A DNA stretch of 64,000 nucleotides. Origin: a virus. Location: positions 4,910 through 68,909 of IMG/VR virus record IMGVR_UViG_3300046809_000507. One strand, written 5' to 3'. Below, piece by piece: positions 17,834-27,847 of the stretch. Both the position numbers and the translations under genes were made by a program. The notes under the pieces are model-generated. The model was not told the origin of the DNA. It did no database searches and saw nothing but the letters and a program-made list of their open reading frames with translations. How positions within the stretch are numbered: the first letter of the stretch is position 1; every line of letters begins with the position of its first letter.

Positions 17834-20800
17834 ATGGCCAGCTCCAGCATCGTCTACCGGCTCATCGCCCACGATTCGGCGAGTCGCACGTTCAACTCCG
17901 TCGGACGTTCGGCGAGCGGCACGGAACGGACGCTCGCGAAGCTCGGCGCTACCGCTGTGAAGGCGGGGGCGGCGTTGGCTACGGGTCTCGCCGTGGGCCT
18001 GGCCAAGGGCGCCAAGGACGCGATGGCGTTCCAGGCGGAGATGACCCGCATCTCGACGCAGGCCGGCGGCACGGCGAAGGATGTGAAAGTCCTCAGTGAC
18101 GCGGTCCTGAAGCTGGGCACGTCCACTCAGCAGGGTCCGCAGCATCTCGCCGAGTCGCTGTACCACCTCAAGTCGGTGGGCATGGACAACGTGCAGGCGA
18201 TGAAGGCGCTGAAGCAGAGCGCCGACCTGGCTGCGGTCGGTCACGCCAACTTGGAGGAGACGACCAACGCGCTTGCGGGCGCCTGGCGTACCGGCATCAA
18301 GGGCGCCACGAGTTTCCATGAGGCCGTGTCGACGGTGAACGCGATCATCGGCGCGGGCAACATGTCGATGGATCAGTTCAACGCGGCTATCGGCACCGGC
18401 ATCCTGCCGTCGGCGAAGACGTTCGGTCTGTCGATGAAGCAGGTCGGTGCCGCGCTCGCGCTGATGACGGACGAAGGTATCGACTCCGCGTCCGCGGCGA
18501 CGCGGCTGCGCATGTCCTTCAGCCTGCTGGGCGCCCCGTCCGCTGCGGCTGAGAAGCAGTTGAAGAAGATCCACCTGACCGGGCTTCAGATGGCCGATGC
18601 GATGCGTGGCAAGGACGGCCTGATCGGCGCCCTGACGCTCCTGAAGGACCACCTCGACAAGAGCAGCCTGTCCGCGTCGAAGCAGTCCCAGCTGCTGTCG
18701 CACGCGTTCGGCGGCGGCCGGTCCTCCAGCGGCATCCTGATGATGCTCAACAACCTGGACGTCCTCAAGAAGAAGCAAGACCAGATCAACCGCAGCACCG
18801 GCAAATTCGACGACGCGGTCAAGCAGCAGCGGAAGACCGCCGAAGCCCAATGGCATCTGCTCACCTCGAATCTCGAAGTGATGAGCATCCGGGTCGGCAC
18901 GAAAGTCCTGCCGCCCGTCACGAGCTTCGTGCACTTCCTCGCCACCACCGCCATGCCTGCGGCTGCGGGCTTCGGCAAGGTCATGCGCAACCTGATCCCG
19001 GTCGATGCGATCAAGCGAGGTGTCGGCGAGGCCAAGTCGACGATCGGCGGATTCCTCTCCGGCCTCACGGGCGGCAAGTCGCCGACGAGCATGCTCGGCG
19101 ACTTCATGGACGGCCTCACAGGGGCCGGGTCGAAGAAGGCTCCGAGCGTGCCCACGTCCACGGGTCCGTCGCCGATGCTGACGGTGCCGCAGGCGCCGCG
19201 CCTGCTGGCGAAGCCGCAGAAGGCCACAACGCCGATGCTCAAGGCACCTTCGGTGCCTCGGCTGTTGGCGCGCCCGAAGTCCCTCGCGGCGCCTGCGCTG
19301 TTCAAGCAGCCCTCGTCACCCGGGCTGCTTGCGATGCCCAAGGCGGTCAAGCCGCCCAAGTCTGCTGCCGAGAAGATCGGCGCCCAGATCCACGACGCCA
19401 TCAGTGGCGGCTTCAAAGACATGGACTGGGGCAACCTCGGCAGCGTCCTGGGGAAGGGGCTCGGCGACGCGATCGGCTGGGTCGCAAAGCACACCGCCGA
19501 CTTCACCAAGAAGATCGCCAAAATCCTCGCAGGCATCGACTTTGTGCAGATCGGCAAGAGCTTCGGCGCGTCGGCGATCCCGCTCGCGATCGGCTTCATC
19601 GCCAGCCTGTTCGACCCGCTGTTCTCCCTGGACTTCTGGAAGAAGCACTGGCTCGACACGATCATCGCGGTCTTGTCGGTCATCCCGATCGGACGTGTCG
19701 CCGGAGTCCTCGGCAAGGTCTTCGAACACCTCCCGTTCCTGAAGATGTTCGAGCCGCTTCTCCGCGGCGTCGGCAAGCTCGGCGGCTGGCTGGAGAAGGC
19801 CGCCAGCAAGGCCATGAAGTTCTTCGGTGAAAGCCTGTGGAAGGGAATCGCCAAAGTCTTCCCCGAGGCGACCGCGACTCTGGAGCGCGAGGCCGGACTT
19901 TTCACCACGCGCATCGGCTCGTGGGGCCTGGACCTCATGGCGAAGGGCAAGGGCGCGATCCTCTGGCTCGGCCGGGGCATCCGCGACGGTGCCGGGTTCG
20001 TCATCTCGAAGATCGGAGAGGTCGCCGCCCTGATCGTGAAGCCCTTCGCGAAGGCCGGCGGCTGGCTGATCGGCAAGGGCCGTGTTCTGCTGACCGGCTT
20101 CAAGGACGGCATCGTCACCGGCGCCAAGGGGATCGGTTCCTTCCTGTGGCGCCGGGCGGGCAAACCGGCCGTGGACGCCTTCAAGGGCGCCGGGTCGTGG
20201 CTGCGGTCTAAGGGCAGCAGTCTGGTCTCCGGCTTCAAGTCGGGGTCGGTGTCGGCGGCGAAGGGGATCGCCGGGTTCACGAACCGGTGGGTCGTCCGGC
20301 CTGTTGTCGACACTTTCAAGGGCGCGGGCTCGTGGCTGTGGTCCAAGGGCAGCAGCCTCGTGTCGGGCTTCAAGTCCGGGTCCATCTCGGCCGCCAAGGG
20401 CATCGCAGGCTGGACCAACCGCACCGTCATCAAGCCCGTGACCGGCGCGTTCAAGAGTGCCGCTTCCTGGCTGAAGAGCGCAGGCGGGCACCTCCTCTCC
20501 GGTCTGAAGGACGGCATTTGGAGCGCGATCAAGGGCATCGGATCGTGGATCAAAAAGAACATGATCGACCCGATCGTGAATTCGGTGAAGCACTGGTTCG
20601 GGATCAAGAGCCCCTCCCGCGTCTTCATGAGCATCGGCGGTCACCTGGTCGGCGGCCTCATGAAGGGCATGGCCAAGACATCGGGCACGGCCATCGCGAA
20701 GAAGATCTTCGGGGATCTTCCGCACGCCCTCAGTCGGATTGTCCACAAGGGCTTGGTCTCGGTCTCCAAGCTCCCCGGCAAGGCTCTCAAGGCCCTCGGC

Positions 20801-22522
20801 AGCATCGGGGACTCGATCGGCCTCGGCGACAACTCCACGTCCGGTAATGCGCAGCAGTTCGCGCAGGCATCCCTCGCATCCTATGGCTGGGGGCCCTCTC
20901 AATGGCCTGCCCTGAAGGCCCTCTGGAACGGCGAATCGGGCTGGAACTACAAGGCGCTGAACGCCTCTAGCGGCGCCTACGGCATCCCGCAGGCGCTGCC
21001 CGCCTCCAAGATGGCCTCAGCCGGCTCCGACTGGAAGACGAACGCGTCGACGCAGATCAAGTGGGGTCTGGGCTACATCAAGTCGGTGTACGGCAGCCCC
21101 GGAAACGCGTGGTCGCAGTGGCAGGCCCGCAGCCCGCACTGGTACGCGAAGGGCACCGGCGGCGCCGCGAAGGGCCTCGCCTGGGTCGGCGAACGCGGCC
21201 CGGAGCTGGTGAATTTCAGGGGCGGCGAGGACGTCCTCAGCAGCCCGCAGTCGATGGCGTTCGCCAAGACTCATGGGATCAAGCTGCCTGGCTACGCGTC
21301 CGGCACCATCACCAACGCGGCAGACCGTGTGCGCCGCGACCACCAGCGCATTCAGGATGCGAAGGACGATGTTGCGCGGGCCAAGCGGCGGCACAAGGGT
21401 GTGGCCGCGGCAGAGACCCGGCTCCGGGCCGCCCAGAAGGAGCTGCAGGCTGCCGAGATCGCCCTGAAGAACGCGAAGCGCTCCGCCAAGACGTCGATCA
21501 GCAACACCATCGCCACGGGGCTATTGAAGAAGCTGGAGACGGGCACCAGCAGCGCTATCGCCTCGGCCATCAAGTCCGTGGCGACGAAGCTCCTGAACGC
21601 GGGCTACAACAAGACCGCCGCGAGCATCCAGAAGAAGGGCGGGCAGTTGGAGAAGCTCGCCGACAAGCGAGCCAGCGTCCAGAAGACGATCGCCGCGGCC
21701 AACCAGTACGCCTCGGACCAGGCCGGGAACATCAAGGACTTCCTGTCCATCAGCGGGACATCGGCGATGAACGTCGGTGACCTCATCTCGCAGGCTGGGG
21801 CCCAGCAGAAAACGGCGAGTTCGTTCGTCGCGCTGAGCAAGTCCCTGAAGGCCAGGGGCGCGTCGAAGGAACTGCTGCAGCAGCTTTCCGACGCCGGGCC
21901 GGGTAGCCAGCTCGCGACGATCCTCAGCGCGAAGAACGTCACGACGACGGACATCGGGAAGCTGAACAAGCTGATGAGCAGCGGCGGCAAGTTGGCCACG
22001 TCCTTCGGCAAGGACATGGCCGACATGATGTACGACACCGGGAAGAACGCTGGAAAGGGCTTCCTCGCAGGTCTGAAGGCGACCGAGAAGGATCTGCAGA
22101 AGCAGATCGACAAGCTCGCGAAGGGCCTCATCTCGGCGATCAAGAAGGCGCTGAAGATCAAGTCCCCGTCGGTCGTCATGCGCGACGAGGTCGGCAAGAA
22201 CGTCGTCCTCGGCGTGGTCCACGGCATGGATATGCACGGCCACCTCGTCGGGGGAGCAGCGCAGCGCCTCGCGGACACCGCGACCGGCGTCAACCTGCGC
22301 CGCCGCTACGTCCCGACAGCGGCCGGGCAGAACGGTGCCCGCAACGAGGCGCTGTGGGACCGGCTCGCGACCGCTCTGGAAAGCCGCGATGCCACCGAGG
22401 TCCACGTCCACTTCAACGACGACCGGCTGCGCGACCTCATCGACGTCCAGGTGAAGCCGAAGATCAAGGCATCTGCGGATGCTCAGGCGCACCGAGCGAA
22501 GGTTGGGCGGAGGAGCAGCTAA
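17834..22522 (+). CDS. Tape measure protein with lytic transglycosylase domain
   Basis: TP901-type core, Trp/Phe repeats, FGIKSPS, ESGWN...GAYGIPQALP, WVGERGPE. Confidence 0.95.
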   Translation: MASSSIVYRLIAHDSASRTFNSVGRSASGTERTLAKLGATAVKAGAALATGLAVGLAKGAKDAMAFQAEMTRISTQAGGTAKDVKVLSDAVLKLGTSTQQGPQHLAESLYHLKSVGMDNVQAMKALKQSADLAAVGHANLEETTNALAGAWRTGIKGATSFHEAVSTVNAIIGAGNMSMDQFNAAIGTGILPSAKTFGLSMKQVGAALALMTDEGIDSASAATRLRMSFSLLGAPSAAAEKQLKKIHLTGLQMADAMRGKDGLIGALTLLKDHLDKSSLSASKQSQLLSHAFGGGRSSSGILMMLNNLDVLKKKQDQINRSTGKFDDAVKQQRKTAEAQWHLLTSNLEVMSIRVGTKVLPPVTSFVHFLATTAMPAAAGFGKVMRNLIPVDAIKRGVGEAKSTIGGFLSGLTGGKSPTSMLGDFMDGLTGAGSKKAPSVPTSTGPSPMLTVPQAPRLLAKPQKATTPMLKAPSVPRLLARPKSLAAPALFKQPSSPGLLAMPKAVKPPKSAAEKIGAQIHDAISGGFKDMDWGNLGSVLGKGLGDAIGWVAKHTADFTKKIAKILAGIDFVQIGKSFGASAIPLAIGFIASLFDPLFSLDFWKKHWLDTIIAVLSVIPIGRVAGVLGKVFEHLPFLKMFEPLLRGVGKLGGWLEKAASKAMKFFGESLWKGIAKVFPEATATLEREAGLFTTRIGSWGLDLMAKGKGAILWLGRGIRDGAGFVISKIGEVAALIVKPFAKAGGWLIGKGRVLLTGFKDGIVTGAKGIGSFLWRRAGKPAVDAFKGAGSWLRSKGSSLVSGFKSGSVSAAKGIAGFTNRWVVRPVVDTFKGAGSWLWSKGSSLVSGFKSGSISAAKGIAGWTNRTVIKPVTGAFKSAASWLKSAGGHLLSGLKDGIWSAIKGIGSWIKKNMIDPIVNSVKHWFGIKSPSRVFMSIGGHLVGGLMKGMAKTSGTAIAKKIFGDLPHALSRIVHKGLVSVSKLPGKALKALGSIGDSIGLGDNSTSGNAQQFAQASLASYGWGPSQWPALKALWNGESGWNYKALNASSGAYGIPQALPASKMASAGSDWKTNASTQIKWGLGYIKSVYGSPGNAWSQWQARSPHWYAKGTGGAAKGLAWVGERGPELVNFRGGEDVLSSPQSMAFAKTHGIKLPGYASGTITNAADRVRRDHQRIQDAKDDVARAKRRHKGVAAAETRLRAAQKELQAAEIALKNAKRSAKTSISNTIATGLLKKLETGTSSAIASAIKSVATKLLNAGYNKTAASIQKKGGQLEKLADKRASVQKTIAAANQYASDQAGNIKDFLSISGTSAMNVGDLISQAGAQQKTASSFVALSKSLKARGASKELLQQLSDAGPGSQLATILSAKNVTTTDIGKLNKLMSSGGKLATSFGKDMADMMYDTGKNAGKGFLAGLKATEKDLQKQIDKLAKGLISAIKKALKIKSPSVVMRDEVGKNVVLGVVHGMDMHGHLVGGAAQRLADTATGVNLRRRYVPTAAGQNGARNEALWDRLATALESRDATEVHVHFNDDRLRDLIDVQVKPKIKASADAQAHRAKVGRRSS

Positions 22523-23985
22523 TGACGATCTCCTTCGGTACGACGGGCACGCAGTCCACCCACACCGACACGATCACCCCTGTGGTGGTCGGGTCGGCCG
22601 GGAATCTCGCCGTCCTTCAGGTGGTCTCCGGGCACCCTCTCGACTCGGTGCCCTCCACACCGTCCGGCTGGACTCTGGTGGGCAGCGCATCGGGGGGCGG
22701 CGGCGCCTTCGGGGCGTCCGCCGGCCCCCGACGGCTGACGTACTTCGCCCGGGTCCTGCTGGGCAGTGACGCGAACCCGACGACGGCGATCCCATCGGGC
22801 TCGACCGGATCCCTCATCGTCGGCCGCATCGTCAGCCTGTCGAAGACCGCTGGCACCGGCTGGCGATGGGCCGCGAGCTTCGGTGACGACCAGACGAGCG
22901 GCACCGGCTTCTCGGCCACCGGCACGACCGCACTCACCTGGAAGGCGGGGGATTTCGCGCTGATCGGCTACGGCGTCGCGTCCGCCGCGGACGCCTACTC
23001 GGCCGAGGCCATCGCAGCAGCCGGCGTGACGTTCGGTACGGTCACCGAACGCGCCGACGCTGCGGTCGCTACTGGCAACGGGACGACGGTCGCACTGGCG
23101 ACGTCCACGGTGTCCTCCGGCACTGCCACGCTGGCGCCCACCGTTACGGCCACCCTGTCGAGCGCCTCGATCGGTATCTCTGGCGTCGTGCGCGTGCGCG
23201 AGGCCAGCTCCGACGTCAACGCCACCGCGCAGTCCGTGTTCCCGCCCCGCAACCTGGTCTCCGCGACCGGGCTGACGGGGGACGACATCGTCACGATCAG
23301 CCTGCTTAGGCAGGCCGGGAGTGACCTTGAGGCGGTGCGGGCCGCCAGCAGCGTCGACGTCACCGGGCAGGCCTCGTTCCTGCGGGTGGATGCGGAGCAG
23401 CCGTTCGGGATCAGCGTCAACTATGCCGCGGTCTTGACCGACGTCAACGGGGTGCAGTGGACCGTGTACTCGGGCCCCATCACCTCGACCGTCACCTCGG
23501 ACGTCATCTCCGACGCGATCCGTGGTGTCGGTGCCGCGGTGAAAATCGAATCACCACTGGAGTGGAAGCGAGACCGCGACGCCACCCAGTTCAACATCAA
23601 CGGTCGGCTCGTCGTGGTGGGCAAACCCCGGTCTTCCCGGTCCGGCACACTCACCGTCCGCACGGAGACCGACGACGACGGCGACACGCTCAACGACCTG
23701 CTGGACGAGGCGACCGAGGGCACGTTCCTCGTGCGCAAGGCGACATCCCTGTCCCGTCTCGACGGCACGTATGCCCTGCTCGACGACACCGAGTCGCCCA
23801 ACTGGTACGACGAATTCCGCTGGTTCGCGCTCAGTGTGGTCAAGGCCGACGACTGGCCCGCCGTAATGGAAGCCGCCGGTTTCACGCTGCAGGACATCGC
23901 CAACAACTTCTCGATCCTCAGCGACATCTCCGCGTTCTTCCCCACGAACCTGCTGGCCATCGCGCAATACGATTTCGGACCCTGA
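22522..23985 (+). CDS. Minor tail protein (distal-tail position)
   Basis: TAATG coupling to the tape measure gene. Confidence 0.75.
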   Translation: MTISFGTTGTQSTHTDTITPVVVGSAGNLAVLQVVSGHPLDSVPSTPSGWTLVGSASGGGGAFGASAGPRRLTYFARVLLGSDANPTTAIPSGSTGSLIVGRIVSLSKTAGTGWRWAASFGDDQTSGTGFSATGTTALTWKAGDFALIGYGVASAADAYSAEAIAAAGVTFGTVTERADAAVATGNGTTVALATSTVSSGTATLAPTVTATLSSASIGISGVVRVREASSDVNATAQSVFPPRNLVSATGLTGDDIVTISLLRQAGSDLEAVRAASSVDVTGQASFLRVDAEQPFGISVNYAAVLTDVNGVQWTVYSGPITSTVTSDVISDAIRGVGAAVKIESPLEWKRDRDATQFNINGRLVVVGKPRSSRSGTLTVRTETDDDGDTLNDLLDEATEGTFLVRKATSLSRLDGTYALLDDTESPNWYDEFRWFALSVVKADDWPAVMEAAGFTLQDIANNFSILSDISAFFPTNLLAIAQYDFGP

Positions 23986-23986
23986 C

Positions 23987-25072
23987 ATGCTCGATATGTC
24001 GACTACCGCCCTCGCCGTCGTGCAGGGCAGCTACACGATGAATGTCCGCGCCGAGTCCTGGCTTGGCGGCACCCTCCTGGCAGATACCATCCCGATCTCC
24101 GATGGCGGCGAGAGCCGCGACCGCTCCCTCGCCATCCCGGAACAGATCAGCCTCACCGTCCCGCGGCGTGACCGCGGCTTCGACTGGGACCCCGGCACCA
24201 ACCCTGCCCACCCTCTCGCCGCCTACGGACAGACGCTCCGCATCGACTACGGCGTCGACGTCGGCGGCCAGATGGAGTGGATCAATCGAGGCTGGTTCCT
24301 CATCACCGAGAGCTCGACCGAGGGCGACACGGTCTCCGTGAGCTGCCAGGGCCTGCTGACGCTCATCGACGAGGCGAACCTCATCGCCCCGTTCCAGCCG
24401 TCCAGCTCGGACACCCTCGGCTCCGTGGTCCGGGCGCTCGTCGAACCGGCCCTCACTGTCGGATTCGACGGGACCCTCGTCGACCGGGCGGTGCCGCTCG
24501 GCATGCAGTGGGACAGCGACAGGCTCGGCGCCGTCACTGAGGTACTCACCGCCTGGGGAGCGGCCGAGCGCGTCACCGAGGACGGCTACCTCCTCATCGA
24601 GCCCGTCAGCGACGCCGGTTCACCGGTCCTGTCCATCAGTGACGACCGCAACACCGGAACGGTCGTCCGCTGGCAGGGCTCCACCACCCGGGACGGCGCC
24701 TTCAACTGCGTCGTCGCCCAGGGCGAGGACGCATCCGGGAACCAGATCCAGGGCGTCGCCTACGACAGCGACGGCACCAGCCCCTATCAGTACGGCGGGA
24801 ACTTCAACCCGCTGCCTGTGCCGTACCCGTACCAGTCGAGTCTCCTGACCACCGTCGCCCAGTGCCGGACCGCGGCGGCGGCCCAGCTCAAGCTGCTGCG
24901 TCGGCAGGCGTTCCGGCGCCTCGGCGTGACGATGGTCCCGCACCCGGGCCTGGTGACCGGCGACATCGTGTCCGTCACCGGCGCAGGACTCACGGCCGCC
25001 CGCTGCGCGATCGAGGCGCTCTCCCTGCCCTACTCGCCCGGCGAGCAGAGCCTCACCGTCCGCGTCCTGTAG
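23987..25072 (+). CDS. Minor tail/hub protein (DUF5047-like)
   Basis: Position; FNCVVAQGE, PHPGLVTGD. Confidence 0.78.
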   Translation: MLDMSTTALAVVQGSYTMNVRAESWLGGTLLADTIPISDGGESRDRSLAIPEQISLTVPRRDRGFDWDPGTNPAHPLAAYGQTLRIDYGVDVGGQMEWINRGWFLITESSTEGDTVSVSCQGLLTLIDEANLIAPFQPSSSDTLGSVVRALVEPALTVGFDGTLVDRAVPLGMQWDSDRLGAVTEVLTAWGAAERVTEDGYLLIEPVSDAGSPVLSISDDRNTGTVVRWQGSTTRDGAFNCVVAQGEDASGNQIQGVAYDSDGTSPYQYGGNFNPLPVPYPYQSSLLTTVAQCRTAAAAQLKLLRRQAFRRLGVTMVPHPGLVTGDIVSVTGAGLTAARCAIEALSLPYSPGEQSLTVRVL

Positions 25073-25080
25073 GGGGTGCC

Positions 25081-25893
25081 GTGCCCGACTTCGCCGACAC
25101 CCGCATCTCCCTCGCCGGGAAGGGAGTAGTGCGCGGAACCGCGCTCAGTACGGTCACCTCCGGGGCCTGCCTCGTCAGAGTGGGGGGCATCCAGGTCACG
25201 GCCCGGGTCGCGACTGGGCTCACCGTCACGGTCGGCAGCATTCTGCTGATGGCCAGGCTCGGCAGCCTGTACTACGTCATCACCGTGGTGCCCGCCGCGC
25301 CGACTTCGACGCCGGCGACACCGCCCCCGGCCGACAGTGCACCGCCTGACACCGGCGATGCACCACCCGCACCGAAGCCGGTGACCACGACCGGCACCCT
25401 CACCTGCGTGCCGACAGCCACCGCCTGCTATCGCGACGGCAGTTGGCGCTCCGACGGCGACCCCACCAATAGCTTCGACCTCTTCCAGGGCCGGTACGGA
25501 GGCAGCAGCTACGGCCGCAACACCGGCGCCGCGTTCTACGGCTCCAAGCCGCACACGCTGAACGGTGCGACGTGCACCAAGGCCACGGTGAAGATCAAGC
25601 GACTGTCCGCCGGTGACTTCGCGGCACGGTCAGCCACTCTCCGGCTCGTCTCGCAGACCAGCCGACCGGGCGGATCGCTCACCCTCAACGAGACCACCAG
25701 CGGCCCCTCTCTGAAGGTCAACGACTCGACCACGTTCACGCTGCCCACCAGCTGGGGCCAGGCCCTCATCGACGGCACCCGCGGAGGCATCGCCATCAGC
25801 GTCAGCAGCGACGACCCGTACATCCAACTCGCAGGCCGGAACTCCTGGTCCGCCGCCATGACCCTCGCAATCTCCTGGAGGCGCACCTCATGA
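25081..25893 (+). CDS. Minor tail protein (spike-like)
   Basis: OB-like N-terminus, Pro linker, QGRYG...GAAFYG domain. Confidence 0.7.
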   Translation: MPDFADTRISLAGKGVVRGTALSTVTSGACLVRVGGIQVTARVATGLTVTVGSILLMARLGSLYYVITVVPAAPTSTPATPPPADSAPPDTGDAPPAPKPVTTTGTLTCVPTATACYRDGSWRSDGDPTNSFDLFQGRYGGSSYGRNTGAAFYGSKPHTLNGATCTKATVKIKRLSAGDFAARSATLRLVSQTSRPGGSLTLNETTSGPSLKVNDSTTFTLPTSWGQALIDGTRGGIAISVSSDDPYIQLAGRNSWSAAMTLAISWRRTS

Positions 25894-26648
25894 CCGCCAA
25901 CACCTCCAAGGGCATCACCTATCCACAGTCGACGGATCACACCCGACTGTGGGAACACATGCAGACCCTCGCCGCGACCGCCGACAGCATCATCTTCGGC
26001 AACATCGACCGGCAGATTTTCACCGCCAACGGCACCTGGACACGGCCCTCCAACGCCATCAGGGTCTTCGTCCAGGTGCAGGCCGCAGGCGGGGGCTCTG
26101 GGGGAGTCGCCTCGACCAGCGCAGGCCAGGCATCGTGCGCGCCCGGTGCGTCCGGCGGCGAATACGCCGAAGGCTGGTTCACCCCAGCGACGACGGGCGG
26201 CACCGTTGCCGTCACCGTCGGAGCGGGGGGAACGTCGGGCTCGTCCGGTGCCAACGCCGGCGGCGACGGCGGCGGCAGTAGCTTCGGGGCGCTCATCACC
26301 TGCATCGGCGGATCCGGTGGCGCGGGCGGAACCGCCTCGACTGCCACCTCGATCGGTGCACCCAACGGCGGCACCGGCGGCACCGGCGGCGACTTCCGTG
26401 TTGCGGGCGGCGACGGGTCGAACGGCCAGGTCGTCGGCGGGGTTCCACTGAAGTACAACAGCGGCGGCTACGCCTACCTCGGCGGCGCCCGCCGCGCATC
26501 CGGTGTCGCCGCGACCACGACCACCGGCTTCAACGGATACCCCTACGGCGGCGGCGCATCCGGCCCCGCCAACGGCGCCACCCAGTCCGCGGTCGCTGGC
26601 AGCACCGGGGCCGGCGGCATTGTCATCGTCACCACCTACACCGCATAG
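25890..26648 (+). CDS. Glycine-rich tail fiber protein
   Basis: FTANGTWTRP...VTVGAGG...GAGGIVIV. Confidence 0.8.
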   Translation: MTANTSKGITYPQSTDHTRLWEHMQTLAATADSIIFGNIDRQIFTANGTWTRPSNAIRVFVQVQAAGGGSGGVASTSAGQASCAPGASGGEYAEGWFTPATTGGTVAVTVGAGGTSGSSGANAGGDGGGSSFGALITCIGGSGGAGGTASTATSIGAPNGGTGGTGGDFRVAGGDGSNGQVVGGVPLKYNSGGYAYLGGARRASGVAATTTTGFNGYPYGGGASGPANGATQSAVAGSTGAGGIVIVTTYTA

Positions 26649-26656
26649 GAGTTGCT

Positions 26657-26896
26657 ATGCCCCTCGCCCCGCCCGAGACATCGACCAGTGACATCGCCTG
26701 GATCGTCAACGGCCGTTACAACGCCAACTCGGTCACGTCCTTCCAGCTCCACATCACCGTCGAGGGCCCGTCCGACGAGGCCGAGGGCGACGCCTGCCTC
26801 CAGGCGCTGGTCGACCTGCTCGGCACCCGCTTCGCCGGAGTGGCCGGAACCAAGGGCTTTACGGCGTACACGACGAGGGCCATGACCCCCTCCTGA
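26657..26896 (+). CDS. Small tail-region protein
   Basis: RBS aggag. Confidence 0.6.
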   Translation: MPLAPPETSTSDIAWIVNGRYNANSVTSFQLHITVEGPSDEAEGDACLQALVDLLGTRFAGVAGTKGFTAYTTRAMTPS

Positions 26897-26919
26897 CCTC
26901 GCCGAACCCCAGACCACCC

Positions 26920-26940
26920 AGCCCCTGCCGGGGCTTTTTT
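26920..26940 (+). terminator. Intrinsic terminator-like hairpin
   Basis: AGCCCC-TGCC-GGGGCT followed by a T-run. Confidence 0.65.
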
Positions 26941-26957
26941 CATGCCCGGGAGGGGCT

Positions 26958-27845
26958 TTGACTCTCACCTTTCGCGGCGGGAAGCTTCCCGCGCAACCGG
27001 CCCGCCCGCATCTGAAGCTGTCCGCTGTCCTCCGCGAGCGGCTTGCGGTACCGCCGGCCGCCATGGACTGGCAGGACGACCGGATCGTCTGGCCGATGTA
27101 CGGGAATGCAGAGGTCGGAGACTGCACGTGTGCTGGTGTCGGGCACCTCGTCAACCAGCTCACCTACTACGGCACGGGCACGGAGGTGGAGCCCGCAGAG
27201 TCGTCGGTCCTCGGCATGTACTCGGCGATCACCGGCTACGACCCGACCAAGCCCGACAGCGACACTGGCGCCTACTGCCAGGACGTCCTCGCGTACTGGC
27301 GGAAGACCGGACTCGAAGGCCACAAGATCACGGCCTACGCGTCGCTGGACGTCTCCAACCTCACCGAGATCAAGCAGGCCATCGCCCTGTTCGGCACCGT
27401 CTACGTCGGCCTCAGCTTCCCCGACAGTGCGATGACGCAGTTCGACAACGACCAGCCCTGGGACGTCGTCCGCGGCGCCACGGTCGAGGGCGGCCACTGC
27501 GTCATCGTCGGCGCCTACGGGGCAGGGAAGTTCGGCCTCGTCACCTGGGGCGCCGAGACGGCGATGACCGAAGCGTTCTGGAAGCGCTACGTCGACGAAG
27601 CCTGGGTCGTTCTCGATGCCGACGGGCTGAAGAAGGCGGGCGTCTACTTCACCGGCGCGCCGTCCTACTACGCACTCGGAGAGCAATTCGCGGCGCTGAC
27701 CGGCGAGAAGAACCCGATCCCGCAGCCCGGCCCGGTGCCGACCCCTCCTTCGCCGCCCGCGCCTTCTCCAGTGGATCCTCGCCTGGCTAAGGCGTTGGGT
27801 CTGATGCAGGCGTGGGCGAAAGACAACCACGTGACGGGAGTCTGA
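26958..27845 (+). CDS. Papain-like cysteine peptidase
   Basis: GDCTCAG (Cys), GGHCV (His), VTWG; RBS ggaggg before TTG. Confidence 0.75.
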   Translation: MTLTFRGGKLPAQPARPHLKLSAVLRERLAVPPAAMDWQDDRIVWPMYGNAEVGDCTCAGVGHLVNQLTYYGTGTEVEPAESSVLGMYSAITGYDPTKPDSDTGAYCQDVLAYWRKTGLEGHKITAYASLDVSNLTEIKQAIALFGTVYVGLSFPDSAMTQFDNDQPWDVVRGATVEGGHCVIVGAYGAGKFGLVTWGAETAMTEAFWKRYVDEAWVVLDADGLKKAGVYFTGAPSYYALGEQFAALTGEKNPIPQPGPVPTPPSPPAPSPVDPRLAKALGLMQAWAKDNHVTGV

Positions 27846-27847
27846 CC

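Noticed and set aside
18586-20902. Long minus-strand ORFs (also 5381-7021, 9058-10677 and 54608-56710)
   Set aside because: Antisense shadows expected in high-GC coding DNA; no recognisable motifs
22522-26896. Diversity-generating retroelement or invertible tail-fiber cassette driven by the second recombinase
   Set aside because: No reverse transcriptase, no template/variable repeat pair, no inverted fiber fragments, and only one lox-like site seen
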